This document shows positions 8,897-17,600 of a stretch of 42,630 bases of DNA, in pieces. Each line of letters begins with the position of its first letter. Within the stretch, counting starts at the first letter, position 1. A program made the position numbers and the translations under genes. The notes below the pieces were generated by a model, which saw only the letters and a program-made list of their open reading frames with translations, had not been told where the DNA came from and ran no database searches. Source of the DNA: Gammaproteobacteria bacterium. GTDB taxonomy: Bacteria; Pseudomonadota; Gammaproteobacteria; Steroidobacterales; Steroidobacteraceae. The stretch spans positions 1 to 42,630 of the forward strand of contig JAGVUU010000297.1 in the NCBI GenBank assembly GCA_019136105.1, given 5' to 3'.

Positions 8897-8966
8897 CCAA
8901 ATATGGTCCAAATGGACCATATTTGGTTATAGACTGCCAAATATGGTCCGGGTAGACCATATATGG
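8897..8966. promoter_or_regulatory. Two palindromic operator-like sites in the divergent promoter region
   Basis: Site 1: CCAAATATGGTCC-aaat-GGACCATATTTGG (8897-8926), a perfect 13-bp inverted repeat. Site 2: CCAAATATGGTCC-gggta-GACCATATATGG (8937-8966), with one mismatch. The left arms are identical and 40 bp apart. Confidence 0.6.
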
Positions 8967-9003
8967 CGAGAACGACCAGAAAATACGAACGAGGGGGACA
9001 GCC

Positions 9004-9543
9004 ATGCGCATCACCGACAGCCGCTACGACCGGGACCGTCAGCGGCTGAACGTCGCCTACCGACTGATTGGGCACGAAGCCCGGACCCAGACGATCCGCC
9101 AGGCGACCGGCCTGTCGGGTGACCGCATCCGCAAGCTCTACCGCGACTATTTCAAGGGGCAACCCGCCCGCCCGGTGCGCCGGCGGCGGGGCAAGTCGCC
9201 GCGCCAGATGTCGTTCTTCTGGCGCAGCCCGGTGCACGAAGTCCAGGCCGCTGCCCTCGCCGCCATGCTGCAGCACTGCCGGTTCATCGGGCGGCCGCGT
9301 GCTCTGTACCGGCCGAACCTCGACGAGGTGAACCGGTTCTGCGACCTGTACGAGACCTTCCGTGCCCTGTGCCCGGCCACGGTCATCTCGTTCGAGCACG
9401 CGTGGCACCTGCTGCACGTGCTGGCCCGGCTCGACGAGTTCGTGCTGGCGCGTTGCCCGGACTGCCACGGCACGTGGATCCGCGACACGCTCGACCTGCT
9501 GCCGGACAACTGCGCCGCCTGCCGCACCGACCCGCCCGACTGA
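9004..9543 (+). CDS. FlhC-like transcriptional regulator (Zn-binding, four Cys)
   Basis: [24 protein letters not shown] compares with E. coli FlhC [54 protein letters not shown] compares with [29 protein letters not shown]. CPDC-x15-CAAC compares with the FlhC CxxC-x16-CxxC zinc site. GAGGGGGA Shine-Dalgarno sequence present. Confidence 0.6.
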   Translation: [179 protein letters not shown]

Positions 9544-9601
9544 GGCGCCGCCCCGCAGGGCGTGTTGCTAGACTGCGCGACCCCGACCTGGCATCACGAC
9601 C

Positions 9602-10546
9602 GTGCGCAAGCCCAACGTCTTCGCGGGACCGTACCTCGACCGCGCCGCCCACCTGCGCAAGGACGCGGCCTGGGTCGCTGCGGCCCTCGCCGATCCGGGC
9701 ACGCTGATCGTGCCGCTCTGGCAGGCGCGCAATCTCGTGCGCCGCGGTGATCGCGCTTCCACTGCGGCCTTCGTCGAGGTGACCCACGAGATCCGCCGCA
9801 CGCTGCCGGACGGCGAACTGGTGTTGCTCGGCCAGTTCCGCGGCCACGCGGTCTTCGCGGCGGAGATCGCGGCGGAATCACCGCCCGCGCTGCTGCCGGA
9901 CGCGACGTTCGAGGACCTGCGCACGGCAGGCGGCTTCCTGCCGCACGATGAAGCGGGGCTGCTCGCCTATGCGCGTGCACTGATCCTCTGGCGCCAGCGG
10001 AACCGTTACTGCGGCAGTTGCGGCGCACCGGCGCGCGCCGAGAGTTCGGGCCACGTGATGCAGTGCACCGCGCGCGGGTGTGGCGCCGAGCATTTTCCGC
10101 GCCTCGACCCCGCCATCATCGTCCTGGTGACCGACGGCGAACGCGCACTGCTCGGACGCCAGGCGGCGTGGCCGCCGGGACGCTACTCGACCATCGCCGG
10201 CTTCGTCGAACCGGGCGAGAGCCTCGAGGACGCCGTGGCGCGCGAAGTGCTCGAGGAAACCGGCGTGCAGGTGCAGGAGTCCGAGTACCACTCGTCGCAG
10301 CCCTGGCCGTTCCCGTCGTCGTTGATGATCGGCTTCACCGCCCGCGCCTCGGCAGGCGCAGTACCTCGCGCGGATGAGGAACTCGAAGACGTCCGATGGT
10401 TCACGCGCGAGGAAATCGCGTCGGGCACGCCGGGCCTGCCACCGCCGCAGTCCGTATCGTTCCGGCTGATCGAGGACTGGTACGACTCCGGGGCTGCGCT
10501 GCCGCTGCGCGAGACGCCGGGCGTCAAGCTCTGGGGCCGCCGCTGA
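9602..10546 (+). CDS. nudC: NAD(+) diphosphatase (NADH pyrophosphatase)
   Basis: Zinc ribbon CGSCG...C..RGC. Nudix box GFVEPGESLEDAVAREVLEETGV. SQPWPFPSSLM NADH-pyrophosphatase signature. GTG start. Confidence 0.85.
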   Translation: MRKPNVFAGPYLDRAAHLRKDAAWVAAALADPGTLIVPLWQARNLVRRGDRASTAAFVEVTHEIRRTLPDGELVLLGQFRGHAVFAAEIAAESPPALLPDATFEDLRTAGGFLPHDEAGLLAYARALILWRQRNRYCGSCGAPARAESSGHVMQCTARGCGAEHFPRLDPAIIVLVTDGERALLGRQAAWPPGRYSTIAGFVEPGESLEDAVAREVLEETGVQVQESEYHSSQPWPFPSSLMIGFTARASAGAVPRADEELEDVRWFTREEIASGTPGLPPPQSVSFRLIEDWYDSGAALPLRETPGVKLWGRR

Positions 10547-10568
10547 GCGGCCGGCCGGTCCTGAGCGC

Positions 10569-11339
10569 GTGGGTTTCGAAATCGTCTTCGTGCTCGTCGC
10601 GGCGTTCGGCGCCGGCGTGATCGACGCGATGGCGGGCGGCGGCGGTCTCGTGCAGTTGCCCGCACTGTTCGCTGCGTACCCCACCGCGCCCCACACCACC
10701 CTGCTCGGCACGGGCAAGCTCGCGGGCTTCGCCGGTACCACGAGCGCGATCTTCCGCTTCGTCCGCCACGTCAGCATCGACTGGAAGCTCGTGCTGCCGG
10801 CCGCTGTGGGGGCGTTCGTCGCTGCATTAGTCGGCGCATGGATCGCCACCAGCATCCCGCCCGACCGGTTCCGCGCCATGGTGCCGGTGCTGCTCACGCT
10901 GGTGCTCGCCTACACCCTGCTGCACAAGGATTTCGGCCTGCAGCACCGCCCGCGCGGCCAGGGGCGGCGTGGCCGGGCGCTCGCCGCCGCGGGCGCCGGC
11001 GTGATCGGCCTGTACGACGGGTTCTTCGGTCCGGGCACCGGCAGCTTCCTGGTGTTCCTGTTCGTACGCGGTTTCGGGCTCGACTTCCTGCACGCCTCGG
11101 CGTCCGCAAAGATCGTCAATGCGACGACCAACATCGCGGCACTCATCCTGTTCGGCCTGACCGGCGAACTGCTGTGGCTGCTGGGACTGGCCATGGCGGT
11201 CTGCAACGTGGCTGGCGCCCAGGTGGGCAGCCATCTGGCGATCCGCCGCGGCAGCGGATTCGTGCGCGTGGTGTTCCTTCTGGTGGTGGGCTCGCTGATC
11301 GCCAAGACCGCCTGGGACGCGCTCGCCGCCCTTCCCTGA
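10569..11339 (+). CDS. TauE/SafE family sulfite/anion exporter-like membrane protein
   Basis: GAGVIDAMAGGGGLVQLPAL N-terminal motif, with a repeated half carrying GLYDGFFGPGTGSF. About 8 transmembrane segments. Confidence 0.85.
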   Translation: MGFEIVFVLVAAFGAGVIDAMAGGGGLVQLPALFAAYPTAPHTTLLGTGKLAGFAGTTSAIFRFVRHVSIDWKLVLPAAVGAFVAALVGAWIATSIPPDRFRAMVPVLLTLVLAYTLLHKDFGLQHRPRGQGRRGRALAAAGAGVIGLYDGFFGPGTGSFLVFLFVRGFGLDFLHASASAKIVNATTNIAALILFGLTGELLWLLGLAMAVCNVAGAQVGSHLAIRRGSGFVRVVFLLVVGSLIAKTAWDALAALP

Positions 11340-11406
11340 TTGTCGGCACCCCCGGGATCCGGCACGATCCCCCACTGCGGCCAGGCCGCGCAGCGCTGGA
11401 TGGCAC

Positions 11407-12006
11407 ATGGATTTCTCGATCGAATCGCTGATCGGCATCGCACTCGGCATCGGGCTCGCCGCGGCCACGGGCTTCCGCATCTTCATCCCGCTGCTGCTGG
11501 TCGGCCTGGCGGCGCGCTTCGACATGCTGCCGCTCGGCGACGGATTCCAGTGGCTCGCGACCACGCCTGCGCTGCTGACGCTCGGCACGGCGGCGGTGCT
11601 CGAGACGCTCGGCTACTACATCCCGGGCGTGGACCACGCGCTCGACGTGCTCGCTGGCCCGGCCACGCTGCTCGCGGGCATCGTCGCGAGCGCGGCCGTC
11701 ATGACCGAAGTTCCGCCGGCCGTGCTGTGGCCCGTCGCCGTGATCGCGGGCGGCGGCGCCGCCGGCCTCACCAAGGGCAGCACAGCACTGCTGCGCGCCA
11801 AGTCGGGCGTAGCCACCGGCGGGCTGGCCAACCCCGTCGTGTCCACGGTCGAAACCGTCGGTGCGACCGGCATCACCATCCTCGCGATCGCCGTGCCGCT
11901 CCTCTGCTTCGTCGCCGTGGTCGCGCTGCTGTGGTGGGCTGCGCGCAAAGCCGGCCGCCTGCTGTTCGGCCGCAGCAAGACGCCGCCGCCGCCCGCCACG
12001 ACCTGA
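11407..12006 (+). CDS. DUF4126 domain membrane protein
   Basis: 199-aa Gly/Ala-rich polytopic protein with N-terminus GIALGIGLAAATGFRIFIPLLLVGLAARF, as I recall for DUF4126. Confidence 0.65.
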   Translation: MDFSIESLIGIALGIGLAAATGFRIFIPLLLVGLAARFDMLPLGDGFQWLATTPALLTLGTAAVLETLGYYIPGVDHALDVLAGPATLLAGIVASAAVMTEVPPAVLWPVAVIAGGGAAGLTKGSTALLRAKSGVATGGLANPVVSTVETVGATGITILAIAVPLLCFVAVVALLWWAARKAGRLLFGRSKTPPPPATT

Positions 12007-12040
12007 ACGGCGCCCCCGCGCGCCCCCGTAGAATGCGGCC

Positions 12041-12814
12041 ATGTGCCTGCTCGTCGTCGCCTGGAGGTCACACCCCCGTTACCGGCTCGTGGTCGCCGGC
12101 AATCGCGACGAATTCCACGAGCGGCCGGCCGCTCCGCTCGGCTGGTGGAGCGACGCCCCGGACATCCTCGGCGGCCGCGACCTGCGGGCAGGCGGGACGT
12201 GGCTCGCCTTCGCCCGCTCCGGCCGCTTCGGCCTCGTGACCAATTTCCGCGACGCCAACGGCGCACCGCCCGGCGCACCGTCGCGCGGCGAGCTGGTACC
12301 GGCGTTCCTGCGCGGCGCTCGACCAGCGGCCGGGTTCCTGTCCGGCCTGCTGCCCGGGATCCGCGCGTATGCGGGGTTCAACCTGCTGCTGGGCGACGCG
12401 CACGGCCTGCACTACTGCTGCAACGTCGGTGGCGAGGAACCGCGCGAACTCCCGCCCGGCATCTACGGCCTGAGCAACCACCGGCTCGACGAACCGTGGC
12501 CGAAGCTCGAGCGCACGCGTGAGCGGTTCGCCGCGGCACTGAGGCACGCCGACCCGACGCCCGCGGACCTTTTCGACTTGCTGGCCGACAGCACGCCGTC
12601 CGCGTACGAGTCGCCGCCCGACCGCGGCCTGCCGCCCGAGCTCGAGCGCGCGCTGTCGGCGCCGTTCGTGCGGCACGAGCGCTATGGCACGCGCTGCTCG
12701 ACGGTGGCGCTGGTCGAGCACGGCGGGCTCACGTCCCTCCACGAGCGCCGCTTCAACCCGGCGGGCGCGCAGACCGGCGCGACGCGAGTCGAGTTCGCGG
12801 ACGCCACCGCATGA
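12041..12814 (+). CDS. NRDE family protein (TANGO2-like)
   Basis: MCLLVVAW...VVAGNRDEF carries the N-terminal Cys and the NRDE motif. Confidence 0.8.
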   Translation: MCLLVVAWRSHPRYRLVVAGNRDEFHERPAAPLGWWSDAPDILGGRDLRAGGTWLAFARSGRFGLVTNFRDANGAPPGAPSRGELVPAFLRGARPAAGFLSGLLPGIRAYAGFNLLLGDAHGLHYCCNVGGEEPRELPPGIYGLSNHRLDEPWPKLERTRERFAAALRHADPTPADLFDLLADSTPSAYESPPDRGLPPELERALSAPFVRHERYGTRCSTVALVEHGGLTSLHERRFNPAGAQTGATRVEFADATA

Positions 12815-14607
12815 CGGGCGCACGACAGGGTGCCGGTGTCCGGCGGTGTGGCACGTGGATGGCCGCCGTGCTGGCATTCACTTGGGCCGCCGGTGCATCT
12901 GCAGCCGATCGCATCCGGATCGAGATCGACGGCGTCGATGGCGCGATCAGGGACAACGTGCGCGGCTACCTGGCGTTGACCCGCTTCGCGCAACGCGACG
13001 ACCTCACCGACGCACAGGTGCGCAGGCTCGCCGACCGCGCGGTGGACGAGGCGGCCGATGCGCTGCGTCCCTTCGGCTACTACGCACCCACGGTGAAGAG
13101 CCGCACGAGCTGGGACGACCCACAGTGGATCGTGCGACTGCGCATCAAGCCGGGCGACCCGGTGCTGATGGAGTCGGTGAAGGTTCAGATCAGCGGACCG
13201 GGCAGCGCCGAACCGGCCCTCGCGGCGATCGCGCCGGCCAGTGCGCTGCAGGCTGGCGCGCGCCTGGATCACGCGGCGTACGAACAGCTCAAGACCGACC
13301 TGGTCCGTACCGCGCTCGGTCTAGGCTACCTCGACGCCAAGCTCACTCGCCGCGAATTGCTGGTCGATCCACCGCGGCGCAGCGCATCGGCACTGCTCGA
13401 GCTCGACACCGGCGGGCAGTACCGGTTCGGCGAGATCACGATCGAGCAGGACTTCATCGACCACGAGCTGGTGATGCGCCTGGTGCGTTTCAGGACGGGC
13501 GCGGTGTTCTCCAACGACCGCCTCCGCAGCACGCAATTCGCGCTGGAGGACAGCAACTACTTCTCGGCGGTGCGCGTCGTGCCGGGCCGGCGCGATCCCG
13601 ACACGCTCACGGTGCCCGTGACGATCGACGCCGAGCGCAACCGGCGCGATCGGTTCACGGTCAGCCTGGGCTACGGCACCGACACCGAGATCCGCGGCCG
13701 GTTCGCGTGGGACAACCGGAGAGTGAACTCGCGCGGCCATCGTTCGCGCATCGAGCTCACGGGCTCCTCGGTGTTGCAGGAGGTCATCGGGCGTTACGTC
13801 ATCCCGGTCGGCGACCCGGCGCTCGAGAAGCTCGAGTTCAGCGCGGGTTACATCAACGAAGAACTCGGCGACGTCGACAGCGAGCGGGTCGAGACGACGG
13901 CGGGCCTGACGCAGGCCATGGGACAGTGGCAACGGGTGCTGTTTGCCCGCCTGCAGAACGAGCGCTCGAGCTACCCGGACGGCACGCGGACGGAGGACCT
14001 GCTGCTCATCCCGGGCGTGAGCTACGCCAGCATGCCGCCGAACTTCCTCACCGGCTGGGTGCGCGACGCCGCGTACTATGTCGAAGTGTCGGGCAGCCCC
14101 GAGACCCTGGGCTCGGACGCCTCCTACCTGCGCTTCTACGGCCGCGCCGAGCGGGTGTGGCCGATCGGCGGGCCGTGGTACGTGCGGCTGCGCGGGGAGT
14201 TCGGCACCAGCTGGGTGAACGATTTCTCCGAACTGCCGGCCTCGCAACGCTTCTTCGCAGGCGGCGACCGGAGCGTGCGCGGTTTCGCCCTCGACGAACT
14301 GAGTCCTCCGCCGGAGCAGATCACCCTGCCGACACCGATCGACACGTCGAACAAGGGCGTGGGCGGCGAGCACAAGGTCGTCGGTTCGATCGAGATCGAG
14401 CGCGACCTGCCGGGCAATTTCCGGATCGCCGCCTTCTACGACACCGGCAACGCGTTCAACGACTGGAGCACCCCGCTCGAGTACTCCGTGGGCATCGGCG
14501 TGCGCTGGCGGCTGCCGATGCTGCTGATCGGCATCGACGTGGCGCAGGCGCTGTCGGAGCCCGACCGCAGGCCGCGCCTGCACCTCAACATCACGCAGGT
14601 GTTGTGA
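12811..14607 (+). CDS. tamA: Translocation and assembly module outer-membrane subunit TamA (Omp85 family)
   Basis: Signal peptide, POTRA-like N-terminal repeats and a C-terminal Omp85 barrel (RFFAGGDRSVRGF, ending ...NITQVL). ATGA overlap with the NRDE gene. Followed by tamB. Confidence 0.85.
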   Translation: MTGARQGAGVRRCGTWMAAVLAFTWAAGASAADRIRIEIDGVDGAIRDNVRGYLALTRFAQRDDLTDAQVRRLADRAVDEAADALRPFGYYAPTVKSRTSWDDPQWIVRLRIKPGDPVLMESVKVQISGPGSAEPALAAIAPASALQAGARLDHAAYEQLKTDLVRTALGLGYLDAKLTRRELLVDPPRRSASALLELDTGGQYRFGEITIEQDFIDHELVMRLVRFRTGAVFSNDRLRSTQFALEDSNYFSAVRVVPGRRDPDTLTVPVTIDAERNRRDRFTVSLGYGTDTEIRGRFAWDNRRVNSRGHRSRIELTGSSVLQEVIGRYVIPVGDPALEKLEFSAGYINEELGDVDSERVETTAGLTQAMGQWQRVLFARLQNERSSYPDGTRTEDLLLIPGVSYASMPPNFLTGWVRDAAYYVEVSGSPETLGSDASYLRFYGRAERVWPIGGPWYVRLRGEFGTSWVNDFSELPASQRFFAGGDRSVRGFALDELSPPPEQITLPTPIDTSNKGVGGEHKVVGSIEIERDLPGNFRIAAFYDTGNAFNDWSTPLEYSVGIGVRWRLPMLLIGIDVAQALSEPDRRPRLHLNITQVL

Positions 14608-17600
14608 TGCGCTGGCGCTGGATCGTACCGATCGTTGCACTCGCGGTCCTGGTCGGCCTGCCGCTGGTTGCACTCCACCGGGCGCTCACCACGGAAGCGG
14701 GCCTGCAGTGGGCGTTGGCGCAACTGGAGCGAATACCCTCCGTGCGGGTCGAGGCGCACGGCGCCAGCGGCACGCTCGCCGGGCCGCTCACGGTGCAGCG
14801 CCTGGTCGTGGATCACGAGGCCGCGCACATCGAGGCGCGCGGCGTCACGCTCGACCTCCAGCTGGCTTCGCTGCTCGCCGGCGACGTGTACCTCGAACAG
14901 TCCACCGTCGAGAGTCTCAACGTCGAACTCAAGGAGCGCGAACCGCCGCCGCCCGAGGCGCCGCGCTTCCTGCCGCAGTTCCTCGAGGTCGTTGCCCCGT
15001 CGCTGCGCGTCGGCAACGTCGGCCTGACGCTGGCCGATGGGCAGCGCTTCACCGTGGCGTCGGTCCGCGGCGCACTCGCCATGACGCGCTGGCGCATCGA
15101 CCTCACCGACCTCGTCGTCGAAGACCCGCTCGGCCGGATCGACGGGACGCTCACGTTGCGGGCGACGCTGCCGCTCGGGCTGCGCACCGCCCTGAACGGT
15201 CACTGGCAACTGCCGGACGAGCGCACCTACCGCTTCGCGGCAGCGGCACGCGGCAATCTCGACCGGCTCGCGACGGCAGTGACGCTCGCGGAGCCGGCAA
15301 ACCTGTCGTTCGTCGGAAACGCACTCACGCTCACCGGCACGCCGCGCATCGTCGGCACGCTGCGCGCCACGGACTTCGACGGGTCGCCGTGGCTGCCGCA
15401 GGGCGCCTGGCCGCGCATGAGCGGCTCGATCGCGCTCGACTCGGGCCTTGCCACGTTCGGGATCGACGGCACGCTCACGGCGGACGCGTTCGGTGACGGC
15501 CCGGTGCGGATCCAGGGCAACGGCCGGTGGCTCGAGCCCCGGCTCGAGATCGCGTCGCTGCGCGCGTGGCTGCCGCGATCGAGCCTGGCCGTCCAGACCG
15601 CGGGCACGGTGACGTTCGGCGAGGCATCGCCAACGCTGGACCTCGCCGGCGAGTGGGCGGCCCTGCGCTGGCCACTCACGGGACCGGTGGAGATCGAGAG
15701 CACGTTCGGCACGTACTCGCTGCAGGGAGCGATGCCTTACGCCTTCGACGTGCAGGCTCACGTGCGCGCTCCAGTGCTCGACACGGCGCCCGAGGCTCGC
15801 TTCAACGCAACCGGGACGTTCGATCGCGAGCAACTGGCGCTCGACCGGCTGCAAGGCGACGTGCTGCGCGGGCAACTGTCGGCGAGCGGGCGCGTCGCGT
15901 GGGCGGGAGCGCAACCGTGGAGCACGCGTTTCGAGGCCCGGAACATCGACATGGCCGGCCTTCGGTCCGACCTGTCCGGGCGCGTGAGCGCGACGGCCAC
16001 CGTCGAGGGCCGCGGGTTCACGCCGGACGCGCCGTGGACCGCGAGGCTCGCGTCGCTCTCCGGCACCCTCGCCGGGCGCGCGCTGACCGGGCGCGGCGAG
16101 ATCTCGCACCGCGCCGGCAACTACGACTTGCGCGGGGTGCGCATTGCGAACGGCCCGTCGCACGTCGACATCGACGGCCGCTGGGCCGACACGATGGACC
16201 TGCGCTGGAGCGCCGACGTGCGTTCGCTTTCCCTGTTGCACCCGGATCTCGCCGGTGAGCTGGTGTCGACGGGCCGTGTGAACGGCCGGGCCGCCCGGCC
16301 GCAGGTGGAGGGCGAGTTGCGGGCGCGGCGCGTGGGTTTCGCCGGGGCGACCATCGAGTCGCTCGACGTGGACGTCGATGTCGACGGCACGGACCAGCGC
16401 GAATCAAGGCTGGACGCGCGCGCCAAGGAGATCGACCTCGGGCCGGTCGTGCTCGACTCGGCGCGGCTCGATGCACACGGCCGCATGGACGAACATGCGG
16501 TGGCGTTCGAGTTCACGTCGCAAGGCGACCAGGAGCGGCAGTTGCCCGGATTCCGGGGCCGCGTCGGCGTAGCTGGCGCGTACGCGGCCGACCAGCGCAC
16601 CTGGCGCGGACGCCTCGACGAGTCCTCGGTGAAGTTCCCGGACGGCGGCGCCACGCTGCTGCAGCCCGCGCTCATCGAGGTGAGTCCCGCGCTCGTCAAG
16701 GTGGCGCCGATCTGCCTGAAATCCGACGAGGCGCGGCTGTGCGTCGAGGGGGAGCGGCGCGCCGACCCGGCTGCGTGGCGCGTGATCTACAGCGCGCAGG
16801 ACTGGCCGCTGCGGCGGCTGCTGCGCTCGATCCTCGGCTGGCGGGAATTCGACGGGCGCCTGCAGGCGGCCGGCTGGGCAGCACAGGAGCCGGGCCAGGA
16901 CTGGACCGGCGGCACGACGCTGCTGCTCGACAACCCGGTGCTCGACATTCCGCGCAACCAGTTCCGGACGCAGCGGGTCGAGCTCGGCCAGGGCCGGCTC
17001 GACCTGTTCGTCGACCCGGGCGAGATGCGCGCGCGCCTCGACCTGCGGCTGGCCGAGACCTCGCGGGTGCTCGGCGAGGTCAAGGCGCAGCGCGACCCGC
17101 AGCTCGCGACGCTGGACTTCCCGCTGAGTGGGTCGATCCGCGGCGAGTCCTCCGACCTGAGCGCACTGCCCTTGCTCGTCCCGGAGATCGACCACTCGGC
17201 GGGCCAGCTCGACGCTACGATCGCGGTCGGCGGCACGCTCGGCGACCCGCGCTTCGACGGCGAGTTCCACGTTCGCGACGGCCGCCTCGACACGTACCGC
17301 ACGAACATGCAGCTGTCGGACCTTACGCTCGACGGGCGGTTCAAGGGTGACGAACTGGTGTTCAGCGGGCAGGGCCGCGCCGCCCGCGGCACGCTCGCAC
17401 TCGACGGCCACTTCACGTGGCCCGGGAACGTGATGACCGGCGAGATGCACTTGAAGGGCGACAAGCTGATGGTCGCGGATACGCCGTCGTTCCGCATCGT
17501 CGCTTCGCCCGACCTGACGATCGCCGCCGGGAAGGACGGGTACGCCGTGCGCGGCGAAGTGCTGATCCCCCTCGCCCGCATCACGCCCCGCGACCTGAGC

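Noticed and set aside
8887-9468. Upstream extension of the 8221-9468 minus ORF (415 aa).
   Set aside because: The extension would read through the palindromic operator region and run antisense across the FlhC-like gene. The internal ATG at 8886 with a GGAG SD gives a coherent protein.
8221-9543. The idea that the FlhDC-like pair marks an integrative conjugative element or plasmid-derived island (SetCD/AcaCD analogy).
   Set aside because: The flanking 8-10 kb on either side show no integrase, relaxase, T4SS, tRNA attachment site, direct repeats or compositional break. The neighbours are housekeeping genes (yadGH, nudC). The idea cannot be supported from this window.
12684-14606. N-terminal 641 codons of the 1899-aa track ORF, which would make a giant fusion ahead of TamB.
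   Set aside because: This stretch overlaps the NRDE gene and tamA in another frame and is Arg/Gly/Pro-rich. A proper TamB N-terminal membrane anchor begins at ATG 14607, which overlaps the tamA stop.
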